The notes under the pieces: generated by a model
The model's input: the letters and a program-made list of their open reading frames with translations, nothing else
The model's database searches: none
Told to the model about the DNA's origin: nothing
NCBI GenBank assembly: GCA_907165135.1
Contig: OU015568.1
Location: 11,656,001-11,720,000 of the forward strand
From: Oikopleura dioica
Taxonomy: Eukaryota > Animalia > Chordata
Length of the DNA stretch: 64,000 nucleotides
Direction: 5' to 3'
Shown here: positions 1 to 11,900 of the stretch, in pieces
How positions within the stretch are numbered: position 1 is the stretch's first letter
Layout of the letters: every line of letters begins with the position of its first letter
Program-made: the position numbers and the translations under genes

Positions 1-154
1 GCTTAAAACTTGCACCACCATTATTTGCACCAGATTCTCAATGAATCACGGGCCCCGAGGCTATTGCAGTCATCACTAGAGCTTATAAAATGCACTTCGA
101 ACTGGCTCAATCCATCACTTTCACAATCGCGATCGAAAATTTACTTTTTCCAGC

Positions 155-745
155 ATGAAAAACGTATCCACCATGCTTTTCCTTGGCTCCTCCTTCGCAA
201 GGCCTGCTGAAGACTTAGGAGGAAATCTTTTAGATAAGATCGCAAGCGAAGTTAGAACGGAAACGCGAGTGTACGAGATGAATTCCAGCAACGAGGAGGA
301 TCCGTCTCCCGTCTTTTTACTCGACAGGCCGGCCTTTAAGAAATTCCTTGAGAGCCACCAGTCACGAGAACGTCGATTCATCGAGACATCAACGAGCGAG
401 ACTACTTCCACCACTGAGCAACTAACAACGACTACTGCCCCCGATGAGACTTCGACCGTCCACGACCCCGACTGGACTCCCGACACCACAATTGACACTA
501 CCTCCACTCACTTTCCGACTACAACGCAAACGATCGAAGGTGACCCGACTTCAACGGTTGCTGATCCTACCACAAGCACTAGCACCAATTCAGCAAACGA
601 CCCTGATTGGGAGCCCAGCTCAACTGTAGACACGACATCGACTCAGTTCCCGACGACTACGACTACTACAACCACTACCTCTACGAAAACGACAAAACGA
701 AACTGGTTTCTCGAATTTCTCGATATTTTCGGTTTCAATTGGTAA
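155..745 (+). CDS. Single-exon Thr-rich mucin-like protein, probably secreted (196 aa)
   Basis: ATG directly after a TTTTTCCAG acceptor. Short hydrophobic N-terminus, T/S-rich body with two copies of DPDW-x-P-xx-T-x-DTTST-x-FPTTT, and AATAAA about 45 nt after the stop. Confidence 0.7.
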   Translation: MKNVSTMLFLGSSFARPAEDLGGNLLDKIASEVRTETRVYEMNSSNEEDPSPVFLLDRPAFKKFLESHQSRERRFIETSTSETTSTTEQLTTTTAPDETSTVHDPDWTPDTTIDTTSTHFPTTTQTIEGDPTSTVADPTTSTSTNSANDPDWEPSSTVDTTSTQFPTTTTTTTTTSTKTTKRNWFLEFLDIFGFNW

Positions 746-794
746 AGCTTACACTGCAAAACTCTCCGCTGTTTACCTAGAAAGATAATTTTGA

Positions 795-3299
795 TCAATA
801 AACTAAAAAAAAAAAGCCGCTCCTAGTAGCTTCTTCCGCATCTGGTCCAACGAACGCAAAGTTCATAAAGGGGAACAGGTCAATGTTTCCTCTTAGATCG
901 ATCTTTTCCAAGAAACCGGATTTGTACAACTCCTCCAAATCTTTGTTATCAGCATCCGCGATTCTCGTTATTTCATTGTTCGAAAAATCAACGTCGCGGA
1001 GCTTTGGTTTTCCATAAAGTAAAGCCCTCGGGAAAGAGCTAAGATTATTTCTATGCATGTAAACGTGACGAAGGTAATCTCCGTAATCGGAAAAGTCATC
1101 AGCAATCTCGGGAATATCGTTGTAGCTGAAGTCGATAATACGAGAGTTAATGTTGACCAAATCAGTGGGAATCGACGTAAGCTTGTTTCGTCCGAATAAA
1201 ATGTGATTGAGGCTTTGATTATCTCAAAATTATATTCTAGGAGTTGATTCTATCTGAGTTGATACACGTGTAAATTTTGAAATCGTTCCTTTCGCATGCA
1301 AGTTCATCATTTGCAAGTTCGGTTAATCCATTTTCTTTGAAATTGATAAGTTTCAGAACGTCGCATTTTTCTGGTAAAAAGGTAGCGGGCAGACTTGTGA
1401 TTTGATTTCTTGCAAGATTTAGTTTTTCCAATAAGGGCATCTTCACAGCAAGATTTTCACTGCCTGATAGCTTTATTTTGTTTCCACTCAACTCGGCTCG
1501 TCGAAGATTCGGGTATTTCTTCGTCGGAAATCTTTCGAGAAGATTGTTGTCAACATTCAGTCCGACAAGGTTAGGAGCACCTTTGAATGATTCTTCGAAA
1601 TCGTCCTTTAGAAGATTATTTGAAAGATCGATGTTGTAAAGCGCAAACGGAAAGATATTGGGCGACATTTTAGAGATCCTGTTATTTTGGAGATGGAGGT
1701 ACTCCACGCTTCCAGGGAGGACAAGATCATTTTCATCGACTTCTTCAAGGTTGTTGAATGATAAACTTATATCGATCAGCTTGAAGAGGCTGCTCATATC
1801 TTGATTGATCTTCTTCAAATTATTGTGTGAGAGGTCGAGAACTTCAAGCTTGCCCAGGTTGTCAAAGATTCCTGACGGAAGAAAAGAAATCTGATTGAAG
1901 CTGAGGTCGATATTTGTCACCAAATCTGTTTTACGAAATAGTTCGACAGGGACAGTTTTCAGAAAATTGTTTGAAAAGTCAACGTAGATAAGCTTGTAGG
2001 TCCCCTGCAAGAGATTGTCTGGGATGACATGCAGATGAGAATTCTTGAAAATGATTTCGTCTGCGTCACCTAAAAAGATAAAGCGTCCGTTCAAAGAACT
2101 CAATTTTTACCTGGGACTATCAGGTCAAAAATGAGCCCGACAACTTCTCCCTCATTCTCATCAGCTTGAGAGATCTCCGAGAGCTTATTTCCTGTACAAT
2201 TTACTGTTGAATACTCAAAAGAACAAGGTTGGATTCTATCCACCCTCGGCTCCACGCAACCTCCAACTTTCTTCCAACCAGAAGGGCAGAAACATTTCCC
2301 TGATCAGGGATGGAAATATGACAAAATTTTCCGGCGGCACCGGCACGGCACGGCACAACCAAAATACCCGTGCCGCGGCACGGTACGGCACGGCACGGCA
2401 CAAATTTGCATCAAATAACTTATAAATGAAAATGAAAAAAATTTAAGCTGCTAGTGTACTTATGGAATTTTGAAAAGTTTAAATGAAAACCATAATAAAG
2501 TTAAAATCATGGGTAATTAGAATTTTTCAAACAATGGGTGAAGGTGGGTTGGGGACGTTACTAAGATTGAAGCAATGTTCCCAGCCAATGTCAAGCCCCA
2601 TAAATTCAAAAATCAAGGAACGGGGCTGAAACGGCCCGTCCTTTATTTTTACGGATAAAAAAAATTTTATTTCAAAATAACTATTTTAACACTTGTTATT
2701 CTGTGCCGCGGTGCCGCGACCAGATTTTATTCTCCGGCACGGCACGGTACGGCACGTGCCGTGCCGTGCCATGCCGCTGTGCCGTGCCGTGCCGTGCCGC
2801 TCAGATTTCCATCCCTGTCCCTGATCGAACAAGGCTTCTCTGGCCCTGAGAAAACTCAACGCACCAACCAGTCGACTTTTTCGATGACTTTTGATTCCCT
2901 GATTTTAGAACAACCTTTGGCATAAGTTTTCTCTTGTTTACTTCTCCAACACTGCGGCATTTTGCAAGAGGAGGATTCCAATTGCACTGAGCTCGTTGAC
3001 AAGTACATCTGCTCGTTAGTGGATGGGCATGGCCTCTTGAGTCAGTGTATTTTTGACCTTCATCGCAGGAAAATGAGCATTCTGACTTTTTAAAAGCAGA
3101 ATCTGTGCAATTTGGATGGGCATTTGTCTTTTTGAGTTCATCAATCGGGCTTACAAATTGTTATTCAGTTCAATTCCTTGATTAATCTTATTTACCAAAA
3201 CAATCGGATTCCGTTGAATTCCGGAAACTCAAATTGAATCCCGCTCGCAAGAATCTCTGATGAAAACGCGCAAGAAATTAGAAAAATAAATATCCGCAT
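795..3299 (-). CDS. Secreted Sushi/CCP-like + EGF-like + leucine-rich-repeat protein, multi-exon; exon 2 interrupted by a MITE
   Basis: Hand translation: signal peptide MRIFIFLISCAFSSE (ATG 3299) and a GT-AG intron about 3150-3195. Then CPIDELKK...CTCQRAQCNWNPPLAKC (Sushi-like), KCFCPSGWKKVGGCVEP (EGF-like) and PCSFEYSTVNCTGNKL (LRRNT-like), continuous once 2305-2817 plus one TSD is removed. A 41-nt GT-AG intron leads into the LRR ORFs 1237-2103 and 795-1160. The 3' end is uncertain. Confidence 0.8.
2335..2401 (+). repeat. Left subterminal (CGGCA)n array of the hAT MITE
   Basis: Tandem cggca/ggcac pentamers visible directly. Confidence 0.85.
2703..2799 (-). repeat. Right subterminal (GTGCC)n array of the hAT MITE
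   Basis: Tandem gtgcc pentamers, mostly the inverse of the left array. Confidence 0.85.
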
Positions 3300-3523
3300 C
3301 TCTCTTTCAAAACGTGGTCAAATTTGTGATTCTGAACCGATCGAGATCACCCCGACGAAGAGCTCAGAGGAATTTGTAACGGGACGTGTTAGCGGTTTTA
3401 CCGACATGGCCTGCTTGTTTATCGGTGCCACCTGGTACTGCAAAAACTGTTTCTATCCAATAGCTACGGCATATTTTCAAGCTATTGAAGAGGCGAGTTT
3501 TAATCAAGAATGTCTGTTTTATT

Positions 3524-5700
3524 TCAGTGAGTTGATGTTTTCAATTTGGTAGTGATGAGATAGATCTAATTTAGTGAAGGTGAAGGTTTATGAACTTTTT
3601 CTGGGAACTGTGAAGTGAGAACGAACATCCAAGTAACTTCGGACTTTCTCAGCGATATTTTCCTTATTTGCCGTGACCTAAAATGTTCAGTTTGTATGAA
3701 ATATTTGTTGCTTACGTTTGTTAACCATGCGTTAGTGGAATCAGTTCCCTCGATGCTTGCCATGAACTCGACTTTGAATTCTTTAGCGTCATCGAGAAAG
3801 GTTCTTAACGCGGCCGAAACATCAGGACTGTGAAATTTGTAGCTAAAAGGCTCGCAGTTCGAAAGATCTTTCTGTTTGGTGTAATTCAAATGGACCCAAC
3901 ATTCGATTGCAAGTGGTGGAATTGAATCTACATCGATATCGTCGATGATACCGTAGAGTTCGAGATCTTTGAGGGGATCTGGTAGGTTCAGGTCGATTGG
4001 AATAGGTGCCATATGAATTTCGTCGATGAAGAAGAGAAAATATTTAGCTCGGATCGCCCAGGAGATTGTTTCGAGCTCTTTGCCTTTTGCCGTCTAAATT
4101 CGAATAACAGCACTAACTTTTATATTCGTGATCTTACCAATTCTTTTAAAACCTGAACTGCTAGTAGTAGAGATACTTGATTCTTTAGCTTGAGATCAAA
4201 TTTGCAACAATCCTTTCCACCTCGTCCATACGTTCCCCTTTTGAGAAGGTCTAACTTTGCAGCTTCGAAGTTGTAAGCGCATTTAAATTATAGACCTTTG
4301 CCTGACAGGATATTTGAGCATTTCTCGATGTTTCTCACTATAAAGGGAGGCACACTCTTCCACATGTTTATCAATCGCATTTGCTATTTTGACAAATTCT
4401 TTCTTTTGGTACTGATTATTCGCGATTGTTGGGCTAAATAACTCGATGACGTTTCTCTCTGCTTTCATATCGGGGTCTGTAGCTGCTTCACTGTTTTCGT
4501 CTATCCTTCGAAGGATTACCCTCCTCGATATACCATCTCCACATTTGAGCAAGGAGCATCCGTGGATATCTTGTATTTGCGTAGTTCGCTCAACCAAGCT
4601 GGATTCGACAGCTGCGGTGCACTGGAGCTCAAGAAGTTTTCGTGCGAGTTTTCCTTTTCCCTTCAAATCTGGATGGGGAGCATGATGACTGGGCAATCCC
4701 GCAGGCACCAAAGGGGAATTTCTTGCGCGTTGAAAGACTGAAACATAATTAGATCAGTTCTCTTATTTTTTATTCTTACAAAAACATGACCAGCTACGAG
4801 CGGTTTTGTCATGCCAGTTGCTTCTTTTAGTTTGTTGAAGTCAATCGGTTCAGTCACAATATCGTAGTCGATGACTTGTCGAACCAAACGCTTGATATTC
4901 TCATCGAAGGGTTGTAGTCTGAAGAAAGGCCCCGCAGATGGACGATACTGTTTCGCTCTCTGCGCGTCGTCATAAATTTGATTTTGCGTATCTTTCACGT
5001 TCGTATTCGCCTCTTCATTCTCTTTCGCTTTTTCGTCTGCCTTTTCCGCTTCTTGATCGCTAGAAATTCTTTATACGATAACTTCAAGGATAATTTTCTT
5101 CCACCTTAACGTCTTTATGTGTCCAACGATTCTCTCCAACGTAGACTTTTGCGATAGCAGCTCGTTCTTTTTCTTATTGCTTTCAGCCTCAATTTCTAAT
5201 TAACAAAAAATAAGAATGTCAGTAGCGCTAGTCTTAAAAACCTCTAATGCATTTCTGCTTGTGCAAATTTACTTCTTCAGTGAAACTTTGAATTAGCCTC
5301 TGGAAATGATCCTCGATTCTTTCTTTTGTTTCTCCGAGTTCGCCTTTTAGTTGGGCTATTTGACCTTTCAGGCAAGAAATATGAACATTCGACGTGTTCA
5401 TCAAATCGACCAGCGAATCTTCCGAATAATCGGAAATCTTTCTGTAGTTATGTCTGTTGGGCTCCTAATAAATCGTTAGAAATTTCTACTTTCTTGCGTC
5501 ACAACCTCATGTTTGCGGATTCTATCAAGATGTCTCTCACAAATATACCGAATAGGAGTTTCTCCCGTCTCATTTTCACACTGTTCGCACTCGTAATCTG
5601 CCTCTCTTTTCTTGCAATAGTCACAAAGGGGAGCATTCTCAGAACTTTTCACTTTTGGCAATTCAAAGCGCTTAGAGTCAAGTCGATTGAATATTTCCAT
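3524..5700 (-). CDS. B-box zinc finger + coiled-coil protein (TRIM-like, no RING seen) with unassigned C-terminus, multi-exon
   Basis: CDYCKKREADYECEQC...ICERHLDRIRKHE (B-box-like) is followed by a helical segment (ETKERIEDHFQRLIQSFTEEVNLHKQK). ORFs 4663-4998, 4283-4711 and 3566-4012 can be joined by short introns. The stop at 3524-3526 is followed by AATAAA. Confidence 0.6.
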
Positions 5701-5975
5701 TTCTTAAATTTTATTGTTTTCTTCGAGATTATTATTTAACAGAATGAGTATCAGTTTTTTTGAAAAAAAAACACTGGCAGTTAAGCAGAACAGAGATAAA
5801 ATTCTAGCTTTGACTACTTTCCGCAAAAACGAAGACGGAGGATAAACAAGGAAAAATAGTTCAAAAGAGCAATTGGGAGGGGAAAATAAATGTTGTCTTC
5901 AGTAGGTTGCGGAGCCGGAAAGGTCTTTGTTGAATTTGAACTATCGGGGAAAATAGCAAAGTGGCAGCATTTTTT

Positions 5976-8900
5976 TTATTTGTTGAAATAGGCGCGCGGT
6001 GCGATTTTGATCGGGACCTTGAAAATATTTTGAATAATAGTGACTAATCGTATTACGATATTATCATACCTTCGCAGAGGCGCTTTGACCTAAGCCATTC
6101 TTGAGGGCTTCGTAGCGCTTCAAGAGTTGTTGGTAGATGGCGAAGCCTTCTTGGTACATAGTTTCCTCGTTCCCAAGCTAAAATTGGTCACTATCTGGTG
6201 ATTTTTTGAGTAAATACCATTTGTTGAACAACGCCGACAAGACGAACAGAGTTCTGATAAGCGTCGATATACGGCGTGTTGGGATTGTAAGACAGAAGTA
6301 GCTTCATCATCTCTGGAACTTTCGGCTGAACAACCAGATAAAAACCAATAGAAGAATGATGATCTTACCTGGTATCTATTGGCGAAGAAGGAGTTGTACT
6401 TTTCGCCAAAGATTTCTTCGCCAACTTTGACCAAAGCCGTCAGAGTTGGGTTCTAAATAAACAAATAATCATGTGACTGATGCTCAAGGATACTTACGGA
6501 GAGTCCCATTAGCCAATTCTCACTCTCGATCAAAGAATCGTTGTGGGTGTTGGCGAAGACAGATTGCGTTGGGTTGAAGTGCACGGATGGGTTGTAACGA
6601 TGCGTGAAGATTCCCTTCTTTTCATTCTCGTACTCTTCCCAGGCTCTGTCAATTTCTTCTTTCGTCAGGTTTTCTTCGGGCTTGTGCTCTAACAAGGAGT
6701 CGTGCTCGTGGTATTTGAGGATCCAGTCCTTGGTCTTGTCATGAGTGATCATTTCCTTGAGCAAGTCATCTTTGGGAAGAGCAAGACGCTCTCGCTCTCC
6801 TTCAGGCTTCGGCACAAACTTGTAGAGATCTTTCAGTTGATCAGCAGAGTAGTGGCGGTCAACTTGTTGTTCGTCGACAACTCGTAAGCCAAGTGACGAC
6901 TACAATAATTATCAGAAAAGAAAGGATCTATTGAGCTACCTTGTTAACTTGACGTTCGTAAATCTTCTCTTCCATCGTACCGTGTCCGACAAAACGGTAA
7001 ACAAAGACACTTTTAGTTTGACCAAATCGATAAACTCGGAAGAGGGACTGAACATCATGAGCGGGGTTCCACGAGGAGTCGAAAATGATGACACGATTTG
7101 CTCCAACAAGATTCGTTCCAATTCCACCCGCTTTTGTAGAAACAAGGAAGAGTCTTAAATCGAAAATAAATAAAGATGAAATACTAAAAAACGATCTTAC
7201 CTGGCTCGATCGTCTTCAGGGTCATTGAAGCTTTCAATGTAAGTGGTTCGCTTTGCCGCTGTGACGCTTCCGTCTATTCGGAAGTAGTCAATGTTTTTGT
7301 ACCACTTCTGATTGCCGACAAACAAGGGCATTTTGGGCGATTCATCATCAAGATTAAAGCCTGTCGTAACTGTCGACTCGTGAAGGAAGCTTTCAATCGT
7401 GTCAAGCGTAATGACTGACTGCGAGAAGACGATCAACTTGTCTCCGAGATGGTGTGAGATGTTGATGATTTCAATGAGCGCATTAATTTTGATTGAGAGC
7501 TCCGCTTTATCCCAATCAAAAGTATTCTCGTTCGTGTCATTCATGACCTGCTCGTACCAGACTCTGTCGGGAGGAGGCATGACTGATTTTCGATGAAGAT
7601 GTGCTGCGAAATTTCGCAGATCCGTTTTAGACTTGCCAGTTACATCTGCATCAGTGCCGCCCTTTCGAAGGATGAGTTCTTTTAGTTTGTCTCTTTTCAG
7701 AAATTTGATTTCTTCCTCCAAATACTCGTTGTCTGGATCGATTTCTTTTCGGAAGAGCTCGATCGCTCGTCGCAGAAGATCCCGTGGATCAGACGAATTA
7801 CAGTGGTGATATCCACCAGCTTTGGCGATGACATACTGGCGGATTTTCATGCCACTGAGTTCCCTGAGCTCGTCTTCATCTTTTGGATCTGGCGTGTCAA
7901 CGACTTCCTTGTCGTCGTCATCGAGGTTGTCGGCATTGAAGTCTTCCGCGTCTGATTCTTCTTCAGAGGTGTCATCAGTCACGAATCTGTTCAGTTCTTC
8001 GCGGTCAGCACGGTCCTCTTGTTGCTCAGTTTGCTGGAGGAGACAACGGGGATGGTTGTTGATGAGCAAGAAGGTTTGGAAGTCGCCAAAGAGTCCTCTT
8101 CCAGAGACTTTGCCTCCACTGACGAGGGCAGTTGATTTGTTCTGAATTTCGAATAACGATTCATGTTTAATTAGATATAATAATAATAGATTTTGATATA
8201 CCTTTTGATACAAATAATTGCCAATCGACAAATTACCTTGAGGTAGTATTCGTACAGTTTGATCTGGGTTTCGGTAAGTTGCAAACTCAGGACGTACTCA
8301 TGTTTCGGAGGTAAATGTTGGCACATGTAAGAATAATCCTTTCGCTGGACGACTCCATCAAGCGATTTCGCCAGAATGAAAGCGCGCTTCTTCATTAGAT
8401 TCACATCAAATTGACTGGCATCGATATGTTCTCCATTTCGAATAGGGTTGGCAAAACGATTTCTGAATTCCTTGTTTGTACCGAGAAGATTTGGGCGGAC
8501 AAAGTCGACCATGCAGTGATACTCGTCGAGGTTATTTTGCATCGGAGTACCAGTGAGAACCACTCGACGGTGCGTATGAATTTGCTTTGTTGCCTTAGAA
8601 ATGGCGGATTCTGAGTTTTTCAGCTGGTGGCCCTCATCGGCGACGATCAAATCTGGTGTTTTGAGAAGGAACTCTTTGAACTTTGGAATCAGACGTTTTA
8701 CTTTTCTGTTCATGTTGGCGCCGGTCGCCAACATTCGGAAGAGGGAGTAGCCCAAGACAAGAACGCCTCCTTCTGCGTCCCATTCCTTGCACATGTCCAA
8801 TCGCTCGTGGTAATCGGATGATGACTGCAAGTTCCAGCAGCCGAGTGGGCGCTCTAAAGAGCCAGTCCACTTGTCCACTTCAATTGCCCAGTTTTCACAG

Positions 8901-11900
8901 ACATTCAGCGGCGCCAGCACGAGGTAATGGTTAAGCTTGAGAAACTCGTGAATGTATAAAGTATGCATGAGCGCGATTGATTGAAGCGTCTTTCCAAGGC
9001 CCATACAATGCGCTAGAATACAACCGTGGCCCCTGGCATTAGATCCAAGAACAAACTCGTTGCCTTTTTGTGTCACAGACTCGATCGTGCAATCCCACAT
9101 GAATTGAACGCCATCGATCTGGTGAGTCTTCAGATGTGCCTTCAGCTCCGGGTCAACTTCGATTTTCGGCGTTTTGTTCAAGACGCCACTCCAGTCACTA
9201 GTCTCGAATGATTCGCCTGGATTGACTGTCTGACGCTCCTCTCGAATCTTCGCGAGACGGATTTTCCTCTCTTTTTCCGCTTTTTCGGCCGCCTTGGTTT
9301 CCTCCGAGAGCTTCTCATCTGTCATAATCTTCCTTGACTTGGCCTTCTCCTTTTTCTTCTTCTTCTTTCCACTTCCTTCTCCATCTTCCTCCTCGATGTT
9401 TTCTTTATCAGAGCCATCCTCGCCGTCTGAACTGTCGAGATTTTTCCGACGCCTTCTCTTGCTCTTTTTCGAGATCTCCATCTCTTCGTCTGAGCTTTCT
9501 TCCGCGGAAGAAGAGATTTTATTTCGTTTCCGTTGTTGGTCTTCCTCTTGAGTTGATAGCTTTCTCTTTTTCTTTCCCTTTCCTTTGATACTGTTGATGA
9601 ATTCCTCGTCTGAAGAAAGAATTTTCTCGTCTTCCAGCAGACGATCACGCTTTTTCCTTCTGTTGGCTGGTTCGTCATCGTCCTCTTCCTCAGCATCATT
9701 TTCTTGAGAATCGTCTTCCATTCTTTCTGGAGAAGAGTCAAGATCGATTACTTCCTTTGCCTTTTCTGATCGTTTCGGTTTGGGAGACCTTTTCTTTTGA
9801 ATTTCGTCTTCATCTGATTTTTTTCTTTTTTAGGACATCCTCGTCTGAACCAATATCCGCTTCCATGTTTTCGTCGTCACTTCCTTGGCTGGAAGCAGCG
9901 CCATTTTCGGCTCCATTTTCCGCTACGTTGTTCTCGTCGGGTAGGAATTCCAGATCTTCATCACTAGAACCGGCGTCTCCGTTTTCTTCCGCTCCAGAAT
10001 TTTCCGAATCATCGTTTCCCTGTGCCGGTTGAGGGGACATCTTTTCGTCTGAATCAGAAAGTTCCACGATGCTGGAGTTGTTTTGCGGCTTGGGCGATAC
10101 TTTCCTCGCATTTCTAGCGTTTTTCAAGTTTTCTTGATTCAGCGCACTTTCAGCCTTTCGCATCCGAATTCTTTCCAAGTTTCTCTTTCGCTGTTCTTCT
10201 TCCGCAGCTTCTTTTTCTGCTTCCTGTTTGGCGATGGCTTCGCGGCGAATGCGAGCTTTTTCAGCGCGTTTTTCGTTCTCGCGTTTTCGCTCTTCCTTGA
10301 TTTTCTTCGCCGACTCTTCGTCCGAGTATTCGTCGGACGATGTTTCCGTTCTAAGCTTTCCAACTCCTTCGTGCGCGCTTCCCTTTCGCCGCTTTTTCGT
10401 CATCGCGAAAAGTTCATCTCCGCTTTCTGCTTCCGACTCGACTTCTTCTCCTTCTGAGCTGCCAGAGCTTATCACTGTAGCTTGAGTTTCTTGCGCCGGC
10501 CAAGATTTTGACGCGCTTTCTGTTGATTTCTTGATCGTTTGAATCGACTTATGAATCGTGTTGATTGTAGTTCGCGCCTTTTCTTTTTGCTCGAAGGACT
10601 TGTCAGGATCGTTGAGTTTGAGCTGGAGGCGCTTGAGGAGAATGTGCATTTTCTCGTCAATCTCCTCCAAATCTGTCGATTCGCCGCTGTTTTGGCTGTT
10701 TCCGTTCAATAATTCGTCTGTGGGCGCTGGTACCGGCTAAATTAGATTGTCAAAAGATAATTTTGTTTATCGCGAGCTTACCGAGATGGATTTCGTAGAA
10801 AGTTTCTGTTCAGCTTTTTCTCGTCTGAATTTTTCCTCCTTCTCGAGTTTCTTTCTTTTCAGCCGTTTCTCTTCTTCCAAGAGAAACTCCTCTCGCTGCC
10901 TTCTCGCGTCCACGACTCTTCTACAATCGTCGAGTAGTTTTCGCAACGGCTTTGGGTCGCAACAAAAGCACTTCCACTTGGCAGCTTCGATCATCTGCGT
11001 TTCCGCTCGGCCAAAGTTCCGTTTGATGCACTTTTTGCAGAAGGATTCGACGCAATCGTCGCAGCCGAGTAGGTCGCCCCCTTCTCCGCACCATCGACAG
11101 TGCTCGTAATAGCCGTCTTCGTCCGTTGTCCAGCGCCCTTGATTGTAGAATTTGTTACAGGGAGAGCATTGGATCACTTTTAGGCGAGGGTGCTCGTGCC
11201 AGCGGCCGAATACATTGATCTGAAGGTAAGATAACGACACTAGTACTAGCATTTATAATAATGTACGTTACGTAATAGATGATTTCAAAAAACTTTTTGC
11301 GCGGCCGAAAATCATGAAAAAAGTGCTAGTGCAGTTTTGTCAGGCTCGTCGAGACGAGTCGATTGGTATAGGTCACTCTTGAAAATTTTAAGGATTTACC
11401 GGTTAACCGGCTGATTACCGGAAATCACGTTGTCAGCTCCCGTTTTTGTTCTAGTCGTCGGATTTTCATGTTTGAAGCGTCAAAATGATCCGTATGATCA
11501 GGGCTTCTGTAGCCTCCGAGATGAGCCCCATATCTCAACTCCTGCCGAGCTTATCACTAAAAGTTTGAATTTTACGCACTTTTTTCACTTTGACGGTTCA
11601 TAACGTAAAATTTTTTCGGTAAATACTAATAAATCTTCTGCGGTTTTGATAGACAATTGAAAATTAATAATACCCACCGTTCAATACCTTGTAACCAGCC
11701 GGTAAAAAAGCGCTGAATCAAAATTATGCCCTCAAAAACCACTTTTTTGATTATATTTTTCTCCTCAAAGATCGGAACTAGAAGCGGGACCTTTTTGCGC
11801 AAAATCAATGTTATTTCTTTTGAAAGAGGATTTTTCGGAGAATAAAGGGGTTTTTTTTAATTTTGGATTCCATAACTGGAACTTCTTGTATCACCTTTTC

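Larger units (their letters stand above)
2305..2817. mobile_element. Non-autonomous hAT-superfamily MITE (513 bp)
   Basis: Perfect 13-bp TIRs CAGGGATGGAAAT / ATTTCCATCCCTG, resembling the Ac/Ds terminus CAGGGATGAAA. Perfect 8-bp TSD TCCCTGAT at 2297-2304 and 2818-2825. Subterminal GGCAC/GTGCC arrays and no transposase ORF. Confidence 0.93.

Noticed and set aside
799-814. A-run after AATAAA suggesting a retrocopy poly(A) tail for gene 155-745
   Set aside because: No flanking TSD. The run is equally explained as part of the convergent LRR gene end or a genomic homopolymer.
2335-2799. Short tandem GGCAC arrays and ORFs 2201-2401 and 2207-2425 as a CRISPR-like array or gene
   Set aside because: Pentamer subterminal repeats of the hAT MITE with no repeat-spacer structure. 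The ORFs are junction artefacts.
8411-11109. Many plus-strand Ser/Phe-rich ORFs over ATRX
   Set aside because: Shadows of the Lys/Glu-rich ATRX exons.
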